Assembly: GCA_018262985.1 (NCBI GenBank)
Contig: JADFDI010000002.1
Span: 266,314 to 330,313, forward strand
DNA: 64,000 nt
Direction of reading: 5' to 3'
DNA from: Spirochaetota bacterium
Lineage (GTDB): Bacteria > Spirochaetota > Spirochaetia > Treponematales > UBA12059
Shown here: in pieces, positions 55,770 through 64,000 of the stretch
Layout: each line of letters opens with the position of its first letter
Position numbering within the stretch: position 1 is the first letter of the stretch
Program-made: the position numbers and the translations under genes
The notes under the pieces: generated by a model
What the model was told of the DNA's origin: nothing
The model's database searches: none
The model's input: only the letters and a program-made list of their open reading frames with translations

Positions 55770-56460
55770 CATCTCCGGACTTCGCCTCCGCTACGGGGAG
55801 CGGGCGGTGTTCGACGGGCTTTCGCTCGAGCTCGTGCCCCATACCGCCACCGCCGTCCTCGGACCCTCCGGCTGCGGCAAGACGAGCCTCCTCATGAGCG
55901 TCGCCGGCCTGCTGCCCGAGGCGGAGGCCGACCGGAGCGGCTTCGAAGACGCCCGCTTCGGGTTCGCCTTCCAGGAGCCGCGGCTCCTGCCCTGGCTCAG
56001 CGCGGAAGACAACGTGGCCTTCGTCCTCCGACGTTCGTCGGGGAAGGCCGCGGCCCGCGAGCGGGCCCGCGACTTCCTCGGGCGGGTCGGACTCTCCCGG
56101 GAACTCTCCAAGCGTCCCTCCGAACTCTCGGGGGGCATGCGCCAGCGAGTCTCGCTCGCTCGCGCCTTCGCCTTCCCCTCGGACGTGCTCCTCATGGACG
56201 AGCCGTTCCAGTCCGTCGACCCGCGGACGCGCGCCGGCCTCGTGGAGGCCTTCCTCGAGCTCGAAGCGACGGAACGGCGGACCGTGCTGTTCGTGACGCA
56301 CGACATCGCCGAGGCCATCCGGATCGGCGACCGGGTATGCGCGCTCTCCGGCGCGCCGGCCGCCATGGTCGCCGACCTCCGGCCCGACCCGAAGGACGAG
56401 GCGGAACGGCGGGAACTGGAGACGAGGCTCTACTCGCTGGCTTTTTCCGGGCTCGCCTGA
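55759..56460 (+). CDS. ABC transporter ATP-binding protein
   Basis: 233 aa. Walker A GPSGCGKTS, signature LSGGMRQRV, Walker B LLMDEPF. Confidence 0.92.
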   Translation: MGYSISGLRLRYGERAVFDGLSLELVPHTATAVLGPSGCGKTSLLMSVAGLLPEAEADRSGFEDARFGFAFQEPRLLPWLSAEDNVAFVLRRSSGKAAARERARDFLGRVGLSRELSKRPSELSGGMRQRVSLARAFAFPSDVLLMDEPFQSVDPRTRAGLVEAFLELEATERRTVLFVTHDIAEAIRIGDRVCALSGAPAAMVADLRPDPKDEAERRELETRLYSLAFSGLA

Positions 56461-58334
56461 GGCAGAATCCGCTCCAGGGCCGCGCGGAGCGCCTTCTCGT
56501 CGAAGGGTTTTCGGAGCAGGGCGAAGCGGGTTCCGAGCGGCGCGAACGGATCGTCGCGCCCCGAGAGGATCAGCGCCGCCGATTCGGGCGCGAGCTTGCG
56601 CAGCCGCATGGCCAGCTCGTCCCCGCCCATGAGCGGCATGACCAGGTCGGCCACGACGAGGTCGATGCGCGCTCCGAGTTCCTCGGCGACCTTGAGCCCT
56701 TCCCCCGGGCCGGAGGCCGCGCGCACCTCGAAACCGAAGCGGCCCAGGGTCCGTTCGAGCAGATCCCGCACGTCGGAATCACCGTCGACCACGAGGGCGG
56801 TGAGGCCTTCCGGCGGATCGTAGCGGCCGGCCGCGGATGCTCCGACGGCGGCGCCCGTCTCCGAGGCATGGATCGCGGGCAGGATGACGGTGAAAGTGGA
56901 ACCCCGTCCGGGCTCGGACTCCACGTCGACCAGGCCACCCGCTTCCTGGACGATGTTCGAGACCACGGCGAGCCCCAGCCCGGTGCCCGCGTTCGGTCCC
57001 TTGGTCGTGTAGAACGGCTCGAAGATGCGCGTCAGGTCGGCGGGATCTATCCCCGTTCCCGTATCCGCTACCTTGAGCAGCACGCAGGGTCCCGGTCCCG
57101 CCGAACCGACCCGGCCCGCGCGGGGAAAGGCCAGCTCGGCCTTCTCCGTCGTGAGCCGTATCGTGCCCCCCGACGCCATCGCGTCGCGCGCGTTCACGAC
57201 GAGGTTGACGACCACCTGCTCGAGATGCGAAGGATCGGCGTTCACGAGCCAGGTTCCGGCCCCGTAGCCGCAGGATAGCGCGACGTTCGCGGGCAGGAGC
57301 CGCTTGAGCATCCGCTCCAGCTCGGCGACGAGCTCGTCGGGGGACATGCGCCTCGGTTCGTAGACGCTCCGCCGGGCGAAGCCGAGCAGCCTTCTCGAAA
57401 GCGAGGCGGCCCTGCGGGACGCCCTCCGGACCCCTTCGATGTCTTCGAGCAGGTCGGGCCGGTCCCGCGCGGAATCGGCGAGCAGGTCCGCGTGTCCCAT
57501 CACCGCGGTGAGCACGTTGTTGAAGTCGTGGGCCAGGCCGCCGGCGAGGCTGCCTATGGCCTCGAGCTTCTGGGCCTGCCTGAGCTGGTCTTCGAGCTTG
57601 CGGCGTTCCGTAGCGTCGATGCCGAAGCCCTGGGCGAGCTCCCAGGTTCCGTCGCGGGCGCCATGCGCGGTCGATTCGGAGGAAAAGCTCGCGAAAAGCC
57701 ACACCTCCCCGCCGTCCGGACCCTTGAGCGGATATTCCGCTCCCGGGCATACTCCGTCGACGTCGAGCGCGCGGACGATGCCGTCGAAGGTCGCCGCATC
57801 CTTGAACCGGGATCGGAGCTCGAGCCCCGGCCCGTCGCCGAAGACCGCGCGGAACGAGGCGTTGGCTTCGACGATGGCGCCCGAGCGGTCGAAAAGGAAA
57901 TTGCATCCCGGGCTGCCCTCGAAGAGCGAGCGGAATTTCCGCTCGCTCCGCCTCAGGCGGCGCTCCATGTCGCCGCGATAGAGCGCGATCTCCATGGCGG
58001 TCCAGAGCGCCCGCTCCTCGAAGGGCTTGATGACGTAGCCGAAGGGCTCGATGCGCTTCGCACGCTCGACCGTATCCTCGTCCGCGAAGGCGGTGAGCAG
58101 GACCACCGGAACGCCGTAGCGCTCGCGGACGACGCCGGCGGTTTCCACGCCGTCGCGCGAGCCGCGGATCTTCACGTCCATGAGCACCAGGTCCGCGTCG
58201 AGGCCGCCGAAGGCCGAAAGCAGCTCGTCGCCCGAGTCGAAGGTGCCGGCGACGACGTGGCCGCGCCGCTCGAGGAAGCGGGCTATGTCGAGGGCGACGA
58301 CGAACTCATCCTCTACGATCGCGACCCTGGACAT
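56430..58334 (-). CDS. Hybrid sensor histidine kinase: REC-PAS-HisKA-HATPase-REC
   Basis: 634 aa. REC1 (VAIVEDEFVVALD...DLVLMDVKI...VIKPF). PAS-like segment (RKFRSLFEGSPGCNFLFDRSGAIVEAN). H-box SLAGGLAHDFNNVLTAV. N/G boxes (NLVVNARDAM, DTGTGI, GTGLGLAVV). REC2 (ALVVDGDSDV...DLVVADLVMP...LRKPF). Confidence 0.9.
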   Translation of the reverse strand: MSRVAIVEDEFVVALDIARFLERRGHVVAGTFDSGDELLSAFGGLDADLVLMDVKIRGSRDGVETAGVVRERYGVPVVLLTAFADEDTVERAKRIEPFGYVIKPFEERALWTAMEIALYRGDMERRLRRSERKFRSLFEGSPGCNFLFDRSGAIVEANASFRAVFGDGPGLELRSRFKDAATFDGIVRALDVDGVCPGAEYPLKGPDGGEVWLFASFSSESTAHGARDGTWELAQGFGIDATERRKLEDQLRQAQKLEAIGSLAGGLAHDFNNVLTAVMGHADLLADSARDRPDLLEDIEGVRRASRRAASLSRRLLGFARRSVYEPRRMSPDELVAELERMLKRLLPANVALSCGYGAGTWLVNADPSHLEQVVVNLVVNARDAMASGGTIRLTTEKAELAFPRAGRVGSAGPGPCVLLKVADTGTGIDPADLTRIFEPFYTTKGPNAGTGLGLAVVSNIVQEAGGLVDVESEPGRGSTFTVILPAIHASETGAAVGASAAGRYDPPEGLTALVVDGDSDVRDLLERTLGRFGFEVRAASGPGEGLKVAEELGARIDLVVADLVMPLMGGDELAMRLRKLAPESAALILSGRDDPFAPLGTRFALLRKPFDEKALRAALERILPQASPEKASE

Positions 58335-58341
58335 GCTCTCC

Positions 58342-58755
58342 CTAGCCCCGCTTCGGCGCGAGGGGGAAGCCGAGCCGCCCGAGCTCGGCTTCCAGCTTGT
58401 CCCGCGAGATCGGCTTGACCAGATAGGCGGTCGCCCCGCCCTTGCCGAAGGCTTCCACGACGTTCCGCGGATCCTCGAGCACGCTCGTCATGACCACGCG
58501 GACCTCGCGCGCGGGCGGCACGCCCCGTTCGGATTCGGACTTCCTGATCGCCTTGAGGGCTTCCTGGCCGTCGACCTTGGGCATCATGATGTCCATGAAT
58601 ATGAGCTCGTAAGGGGATCGCTCCGCCCAGGCGAGCTCGAAGGCGTCGATCGCCTCCTGGCCGTCAACCGCCACGTCCGACTGGCCCCAGGGCTCCAGGA
58701 GCTTCTGCATCATGCGCCTCGAGGCGAAATCGTCCTCGGCAATCAGGATCCGCAT
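58342..58755 (-). CDS. Single-domain response regulator (CheY-like receiver)
   Basis: 137 aa. MRILIAEDDFASR...LIFMDIMMPKVDG...YLVKPI. There is no output domain. Confidence 0.9.
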   Translation of the reverse strand: MRILIAEDDFASRRMMQKLLEPWGQSDVAVDGQEAIDAFELAWAERSPYELIFMDIMMPKVDGQEALKAIRKSESERGVPPAREVRVVMTSVLEDPRNVVEAFGKGGATAYLVKPISRDKLEAELGRLGFPLAPKRG

Positions 58756-58770
58756 GGTTCCCTCCCTCCC

Positions 58771-60594
58771 TCACGTCGCGGCGAAGCGCCGCGCGAACGC
58801 CTCGAGCTGGGCGCCGTCGGAGCGGCGGGCGGCGCGCAGTGCCGCGAACGCGGCGCGGGCGCCGCTCTTCGAACCCCTGGCCTCGGCCCGTTCGCGATAG
58901 AGCTGGGCCGCCCGTTCGGCTCCCTCGAAGTCGCCTACCGCGACCGCTTTCCCGAGCGTCGCGGCGAGGCGCTCGAGGTCGTCCAGTTCCGTTCTGTCCG
59001 ACTCCAATTCGGAGCGCAGGCCGGCCAGCAGCTCGGTGAAGCCGCTTCCGTCGTCCCTTGACGCTTCCCGGGGCGCCGCCGGGCTCGCGGAGCCTTCGCG
59101 ATCGGCGCCGTCGCGGTCAGGACTCTCGCCCGCGGCGAAAACCTGGAGTTTCCGAATTCCGACGGGATACCAGGCGAACGTCCCGGACGGCGAACGCTCC
59201 CTGCGGGACGATCCCCTCCTCTTCAGGCACAGGATCCTCGCGCCGCGCTTTGCGGCCCCTTCCGGAAAGACGGAGTCCGCCGCCTCGTCGACGAGGGCGA
59301 GCGAGTCCGGGTCGGAATCGAGGAAGCGCGTCAACTCGACCGCCGAGGACAGCGTTACGACCCGTCCGCCGAGGGCTTCCGCGGCGCCGGCCATGTCGGA
59401 CGCGCAGGGTTCGGCGACGCCGAAAAAGGCGAGCGTCCTGCCGTGGAACGCGTCGCCCGGCACTGCGGCGGTCGCGGCCTCCCGGCACGGCACCTCGAGG
59501 CGGGCCAGGGTGCCGCCCCCGGGACGATCGGCCAGCTCCACGGTCCCTCCCATCAGGCCCGAGAGGCCCCGCGCGATCGCGAGCCCGAGCCCGGCGCCGC
59601 CCGCTTTCCGCCGGTACGAAGGGTCGAGCTGCACGAAGCCGCCGAACGCCTCGTCACGCCGTTCCTCGGGTATTCCCGGTCCTGAATCGGACACCTCGAC
59701 CCGGAGCGACGGCCTCCCGTCCGGCAGGGCGGAGCGCGAAAGCGCCAGGCGGACGAACCCGCGGGCCGTGAACTTGAGCGCGTTGTCGAGGAGGCAAGAA
59801 GCGGCGTGGAGCAGCTTCCGCCCGTCGAGCCGCGCCGTGGGCGGCAGGCCGGGATCCTCGGCGAGGGAGATCTCGAGTCCCTTGGCCCTGGCCCGCGCCG
59901 CGCAGTCGGCGAGCAGGGATTCGAACTCCCCGACGAGGTCGAACTCGGTCGCGAGAACCCGGGCGTCGCCAGATTCCAGCCTCGCGTACTCGAGCACCGA
60001 GTCGATGAGCGACTTGAGCGAGCGGGCGCTGTCCAGGGCTATCGCGAGATTGGCGCGTCCCTCCTCGTCCGCCCCGTCCATGGCGAGCTCGGTGAACCCG
60101 ATGATCGAGTTGAGAGGGGTCATGAGCTCGTGGCTCATGGTCGCCAGGAAACCGCTCTTGGCGCGCGAGGCGGCTTCCGCGAGGTCGCGGGCCTCGCGCA
60201 TGCCCTTCTCGTACTCGTGCTTGGCCAGCGCCAGCTCGATGACTATCCTGAGCTCCCGCTCCTGGAAAGGCTTGACGATGTAGCCGTAGGGACTCGAGGT
60301 CTTCGCTCGCGACAGGGTATCCTCGTCGGCGTAGGCGGTGGCGAACACGACCGGCACGTCGCTCATGTCGCGGAGCGCCTCGGCGGCCGCGATTCCATCG
60401 GTTTCGCCTTTGATGCGAATGTCCATGAGGACCAGGTCCGGATTCTCGCGCGCCGCGAGGCCAAGCGCGTCGGCGGCGTTGTCCGCGACTCCGACGACGG
60501 CGTAACCGAGCCCCTCGAGCCTGAGCCGCGCGTCGAGCGCGACGACGCTCTCGTCCTCCACGACGAGGACTCGAACGACCCGGCCTCCGCTCAT
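58771..60594 (-). CDS. Hybrid sensor histidine kinase: REC-HisKA-HATPase-degenerate receiver-helical tail
   Basis: 607 aa. The ATG overlaps the cheW stop (ATGA). REC (VLVVEDESVVALD...DLVLMDIRI...IVKPF). H-box FLATMSHELMTPLNSIIG. N/G boxes (LDNALKFT, DSGPGI, GAGLGLAIA). A receiver-like block lacking the acidic pocket and a ~100-aa helical C-terminus follow. Confidence 0.9.
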   Translation of the reverse strand: MSGGRVVRVLVVEDESVVALDARLRLEGLGYAVVGVADNAADALGLAARENPDLVLMDIRIKGETDGIAAAEALRDMSDVPVVFATAYADEDTLSRAKTSSPYGYIVKPFQERELRIVIELALAKHEYEKGMREARDLAEAASRAKSGFLATMSHELMTPLNSIIGFTELAMDGADEEGRANLAIALDSARSLKSLIDSVLEYARLESGDARVLATEFDLVGEFESLLADCAARARAKGLEISLAEDPGLPPTARLDGRKLLHAASCLLDNALKFTARGFVRLALSRSALPDGRPSLRVEVSDSGPGIPEERRDEAFGGFVQLDPSYRRKAGGAGLGLAIARGLSGLMGGTVELADRPGGGTLARLEVPCREAATAAVPGDAFHGRTLAFFGVAEPCASDMAGAAEALGGRVVTLSSAVELTRFLDSDPDSLALVDEAADSVFPEGAAKRGARILCLKRRGSSRRERSPSGTFAWYPVGIRKLQVFAAGESPDRDGADREGSASPAAPREASRDDGSGFTELLAGLRSELESDRTELDDLERLAATLGKAVAVGDFEGAERAAQLYRERAEARGSKSGARAAFAALRAARRSDGAQLEAFARRFAAT

Positions 60595-61073
60595 TCCGCT
60601 TCGTCCGGAGCGAACGCGGCCCCTTCCGTCGCGAACGCCTCGTCCACGTCCAGGATGACGATGAAGGCCCCGTCCTTCTTGCCGATGGCGGCGATCGCCT
60701 TGCGGTCGAGCTTCCCGCCCACGTCGGGAGCGGATTCGAGCTCGGCGGTCTCGATGTCGATGACCTCGCGGACGCCGTCGGCTAGCATGCCGACGGTCAC
60801 GACGTCTCCGTCGATATCCAGCTGGAGCACGATGATCGAGATGCCTTCCACGATCGGGGTCTCGCCCATCCCGAAGCGCAACCTGAGGTCGACCACGGGA
60901 ATGACCGCGCCGCGATGGTTCGTGACGCCCCGTAGCCAGGGCCGGGCCCGGGGCACCCGGGTGATGGGCTGCTTTTCGAGCACGACTTCGACCCTGGCCA
61001 CGGGAATGGCGTATTGGCCGTCCCCGAGATTGAATGAAAGGTATTGGCCTGCCCGTCCGGCGAATTCCGCCAT
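60591..61073 (-). CDS. cheW: Chemotaxis coupling protein CheW
   Basis: Track ORF 60591..62381 trimmed to ATG 61073. The 160-aa product QYLSFNLGDGQYAIPVARVEVVLE...RGVTNHRGAVIPVVDLRLRFG...IIVLQL matches the CheW-like domain. Confidence 0.9.
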   Translation of the reverse strand: MAEFAGRAGQYLSFNLGDGQYAIPVARVEVVLEKQPITRVPRARPWLRGVTNHRGAVIPVVDLRLRFGMGETPIVEGISIIVLQLDIDGDVVTVGMLADGVREVIDIETAELESAPDVGGKLDRKAIAAIGKKDGAFIVILDVDEAFATEGAAFAPDEAE

Positions 61074-61084
61074 CGCTCCCCCGC

Positions 61085-61453
61085 TCACTCCGCCACTTTC
61101 CGGACGATCCCGAGCAGCTTGTCGGCGCTGAACGGTTTGACTATCCAGCCGGTGGCCCCCGCTTCCTTGCCCTCGTTCATCTTCGTGCCCTGGCTTTCCG
61201 TGGTCAGCACGAGGATGGGCGTGAAGCGGTACTTCGCCAGCTCGCGGGCCTTCCGTATGAAGGAAATGCCGTCGAGGTTGGGCATGTTGACGTCGGTGAT
61301 GATCAGGTCTATCCCGTCGAGCGTCGGCAGCATGTCGATGGCTTCCTGCCCGTCCTTCGCCTCGGTGGTCTCGTACCCTTCCTGGTTGAGGATGTAGGTG
61401 ATGCTCTGGCGGATGGCCGCCGAATCGTCGATGATGAGAATTTTCTTGGCCAT
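61085..61453 (-). CDS. cheY: Chemotaxis response regulator CheY
   Basis: ATG 61453 is preceded by AAGGAGG. MAKKILIIDDSAAIRQ...DLIITDVNMPNLDG...LVLTTES...GWIVKPF. Confidence 0.9.
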   Translation of the reverse strand: MAKKILIIDDSAAIRQSITYILNQEGYETTEAKDGQEAIDMLPTLDGIDLIITDVNMPNLDGISFIRKARELAKYRFTPILVLTTESQGTKMNEGKEAGATGWIVKPFSADKLLGIVRKVAE

Positions 61454-61522
61454 GCGTCGTTCCTCCTTGTCGTATCGCAAGGCGGCCGGTTCGTCGTCGC
61501 CGGCTCCGGCCTCCGTCGAATC

Positions 61523-62605
61523 CTAGCGCGCGCGCTTCTGCACCTCTCCCGCGATGCTCCCGAGCGGCAGGACGAGGTCCACGCCGCCGAGCTTGATGGC
61601 CTCGTTGGGCATGCCGAAGACCACGCAGCTCTTCTCGTCCTGGGCCAGGCACCAAGCCCCCGCGTCGTGCAGTTCCTTCATGCCGCGGGCCCCGTCGTCG
61701 CCCATGCCCGTCATGATGACCCCGATGGCGTTCCTGCCCGCGTAGCGCGCGGCCGAGCGGAACAGCACGTCGACGCTGGGACGGTGTCGGCAGACGAGGG
61801 GGCCTTCCTTCACCTCGACGTAGTACCTCGCGCCGGAGCGCTTGAGCAGGGTATGACGGTTTCCGGGCGCGATCAAGGCCCGGCCGCGTATGACCGAGTC
61901 GCCGTCGGCGGCTTCCTTCACGCCCAGGCGGCACAGCCCGTCGAGGCGCTTGGCGAAGGCCGCCGTGAAATGCTCGGGCATGTGCTGGACGATGACGATA
62001 CCGGGGCCGTCCTCCGGGAACACCTCGAGGAAATCCTTGAGCGCCTCGGTGCCGCCGGTGGAGGCGCCGACCACCACGACGCGCTCCGTGGTCTCGATGA
62101 TGCCCTCGCCGTTCCCGGGCTTGGGCAGCATCACGTCGGCCGTGAGCTTCGGGCTCGGATTGGGCGGCGGCGCCGGCAACGGCCTCGCGACGACGCGCCC
62201 CCTGGCCATGGCGGCCGCGCGGACCACGTCCCCGAATTCCACCCGGGATTCCTCCAGGAACTGCTTGGTGCCGAGCTTGGGTTTCTGGATGATCTCGACC
62301 GCGCCGTATTCCATGGCCCTGATCGCGTTGTCGCTGCCCGCCTCGGTCTTGGAGGAGCAGATGACCACCGGGATGCGCCACTTGTCCATCACCTGCCTGA
62401 GGAAGGTGAGGCCGTCCATCCTCGGCATCTCGACGTCGCTGATGATGACGTCCGGCCTGTCGGCTTCGATCTTGGCCAGGGCGAAAAGCGGGTCCGGCGC
62501 GACCGACACCACCTCGATGCCGGGATCCTGGTTGAGTAGCTCCTTGAGGGTCTGCCTGACGACGGCGCTGTCGTCCACCACCATGACGCGGATCCGCTCG
62601 GCCAA
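61523..62605 (-). CDS. cheB: Protein-glutamate methylesterase/glutaminase CheB
   Basis: Track ORF 61523..63073 trimmed to TTG 62605 (GGAGGATAAGGAAG upstream, after the cheR stop). REC ([14 protein letters not shown]...[14 protein letters not shown]). Esterase domain ([33 protein letters not shown]). Confidence 0.93.
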   Translation of the reverse strand: MAERIRVMVVDDSAVVRQTLKELLNQDPGIEVVSVAPDPLFALAKIEADRPDVIISDVEMPRMDGLTFLRQVMDKWRIPVVICSSKTEAGSDNAIRAMEYGAVEIIQKPKLGTKQFLEESRVEFGDVVRAAAMARGRVVARPLPAPPPNPSPKLTADVMLPKPGNGEGIIETTERVVVVGASTGGTEALKDFLEVFPEDGPGIVIVQHMPEHFTAAFAKRLDGLCRLGVKEAADGDSVIRGRALIAPGNRHTLLKRSGARYYVEVKEGPLVCRHRPSVDVLFRSAARYAGRNAIGVIMTGMGDDGARGMKELHDAGAWCLAQDEKSCVVFGMPNEAIKLGGVDLVLPLGSIAGEVQKRAR

Positions 62606-62631
62606 CTTCCTTATCCTCCCCGTTCCGAAGC

Positions 62632-63483
62632 TCAGGTTTTCCGGTAGATGGTCGGAGCCACCGACTTGAGGGGCATGTCCATGCCGGTCAGGGTCTCCGA
62701 ATGTCCGAGCACGAGGTAGCCGTCGGGCCGGACGTGGTCGACGAGCCGCCTGAGGATGCGTTCCTGGGTCGGGCGCTCGAAGTAGATGATGACGTTCCGG
62801 CAGAAGACAGCGTCGAAGCTCCCCTCCACCGGGTAGCGGTCGTCCATGAGGTTCACGCGGACGAACTCGACGCGGGAGCGAAGCTCGGGGCGGATCCGGA
62901 CCTGGGAGGCGTTCCGGTCCTTGCTGCGCAGCAGGTACTTCTTCCGGAACGAGACGGGGATGTCGGACACGCGGTCCTCGTCGTAGACGGCGGTGATGGC
63001 CTTCTGGAGCACCGCGGTGGAGATGTCGCTGGCCACGATGGAGTATTCCAGCCCCCGGTGGTCCGCGCGGCACTCCTCGAGCACCATGGCGAGCGTATAG
63101 GGTTCCTCGCCGGTCGAGCAGCCGGCGCTCCAGAAGCGCAGGGGCCGCCCGCCGCCTGAAGCCAGGGCTTCGGGTACGAGCGTGCGCTCGACGTAGTCGA
63201 AATGGTCCGCTTCCCTGAAGAAGTCGGTCTTGTTCGTCGTGACCGCGTCGATCATGTTGAGGATTTCGAGCCGGCTGCCCTCGTCGGAGAACACGTAGTC
63301 GACGTATGCCGGGAAACCGTCCAGGCCGAGCAGGCGCACGCGCTTCTGGAGCCGGCTCTCGAGCATGACGCGCTTGGTATCGGGCATGCGGATGCCGAGC
63401 TCCCGCTCGATGTACTCCGAGAGGCGCTTGAAGTCACGGTCGCTCAGGGCGCCGTAGCCGACGGTCTCGAGGCGCTCAGGCAT
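62632..63483 (-). CDS. cheR: Chemotaxis protein methyltransferase CheR
   Basis: 283 aa. [29 protein letters not shown] (SAM-binding) and [13 protein letters not shown]. Confidence 0.93.
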   Translation of the reverse strand: MPERLETVGYGALSDRDFKRLSEYIERELGIRMPDTKRVMLESRLQKRVRLLGLDGFPAYVDYVFSDEGSRLEILNMIDAVTTNKTDFFREADHFDYVERTLVPEALASGGGRPLRFWSAGCSTGEEPYTLAMVLEECRADHRGLEYSIVASDISTAVLQKAITAVYDEDRVSDIPVSFRKKYLLRSKDRNASQVRIRPELRSRVEFVRVNLMDDRYPVEGSFDAVFCRNVIIYFERPTQERILRRLVDHVRPDGYLVLGHSETLTGMDMPLKSVAPTIYRKT

Positions 63484-64000
63484 CGGGCGACGCCTCGTCG
63501 CGGGCCGCCCGGCCGGCCGGATCGCGCTTGACCGCCTGCGAGAGGCGGTTCACGTCCAGGATGAGCGCGACGGTGCCGTCGCCGAGTATGGTGGCGCCGG
63601 ACAGGCCTCGCACGTTCCGGTAGAGCCTCCCGAGCGGCTTGACCACCGTCTGGTAGTCGCCGATCACCTGGTCGACCACGAAGCCGATGCGAGACTCGAG
63701 GGCGTTGACGATGACGATCTGCGAAATGGCCGGCGCCTCGCCGGGCGAGTCGAACCAGGCGCGGAGAGGCACGAAGGGCAGGAGCTCGCCGCGGTAGGTC
63801 ATGATCCGCTTGCCGTCGCGCTCCGCCACCTCGTCGGACCGGATCTCGATGCAGCCGTCCACGCTCGAGAGGGGAACCACGTAGAACTCGTCGGCGACCT
63901 TCACGAGCAGGCCTTCGATGATGGCGAGGGTGAGCGGAATCTTGAGGGTCATGGTGGTGCCGCTGCCCCGCTCGCTCTTGAGCAGCACCGTGCCGCCGAG
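63476..64000 (-). CDS. cheA: Chemotaxis histidine kinase CheA, C-terminal part (5' end outside the window)
   Basis: The frame is open to the window edge. The sequence runs from the end of the HATPase domain (LLKSERGSGTTMTLKIPLTLAIIEG) into the CheW-like P5 domain (FYVVPLSSV...YRGELLPFVPL...IVIVNALESRIGFVVDQVIG...GATILGDGTVALILDV). The GTG at 63988 in the track is internal. Confidence 0.9.
   Translation of the reverse strand, partial: LGGTVLLKSERGSGTTMTLKIPLTLAIIEGLLVKVADEFYVVPLSSVDGCIEIRSDEVAERDGKRIMTYRGELLPFVPLRAWFDSPGEAPAISQIVIVNALESRIGFVVDQVIGDYQTVVKPLGRLYRNVRGLSGATILGDGTVALILDVNRLSQAVKRDPAGRAARDEASPDA

Noticed and set aside
63955-64000. Apparent frameshift at the very end of cheA
   Set aside because: The printed last line has 39 rather than 40 bases. 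The track translation (RGSGTT) requires GGTGGTGCCGCTGCC, where the print shows GGTGGTGC|GCTGCC. A single C was dropped in the display at about 63961. This is a formatting artefact, not biology.

Overview
GC-rich bacterial chromosome segment, mostly core housekeeping genes with about 63 protein genes packed tightly, many with 4-nt start/stop overlaps. No mobile elements, CRISPR array or obvious horizontally acquired island were seen. All calls are by eye and RNA ends and promoters are +/- a few nt.

Gene content, left to right:
- Minus strand: mrdA (partial), mreD, mreC, mreB, a TPR gene, RNase P RNA (rnpB), a COG1579-type zinc-ribbon gene, rpoD, dnaG, mltG, a small ORF, an MBL-fold hydrolase, ykgJ-like, tRNA-Tyr and tRNA-Thr.
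- A secreted TPR/NHL/vWA pair, surE and a galK-like kinase.
- A lipoprotein plus HEAT-repeat pair, an E2-like acyltransferase, glnS and gltX.
- A HIT protein, thiamine pyrophosphokinase, cca and an M19 dipeptidase.
- rnc, acpP, rpmF, coaD, lnt and an AmmeMemoRadiSam-type radical SAM enzyme.
- A five-tRNA cluster (His, Arg, Lys, Leu, Gly).
- tig, clpP, clpX, lon, xseA and xseB.
- A Nudix/nnr/lipoprotein operon, secA and an rqcH-like gene.
- mcsA, mcsB and clpC.
- A NitT/TauT-type ABC importer.
- A chemosensory operon, cheA (partial)-cheR-cheB-cheY-cheW, that continues without a break into two hybrid histidine kinases and a single-domain receiver.

Observations most worth a second look:
1. A promoter geometry (-35, N17-18, -10, N6-7, ATG, no Shine-Dalgarno) recurs at eight transcription-unit starts, including secA, lnt, coaD, cca and mcsA. 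It implies leaderless mRNAs.
2. The che operon is translationally coupled to a multi-kinase phosphorelay.
3. The McsB-like protein has lost the phosphagen-kinase active-site signature, and it sits next to a short McsA.
4. The conserved N-terminal Cys motif of the radical SAM enzyme lies upstream of any canonical start codon.
5. A 3 x 30-bp tandem repeat lies between two convergent genes.
6. The E2-type acyltransferase has DERxxDG in place of DHRxxDG.
7. The tRNA-Gly has C at T-loop position 55.
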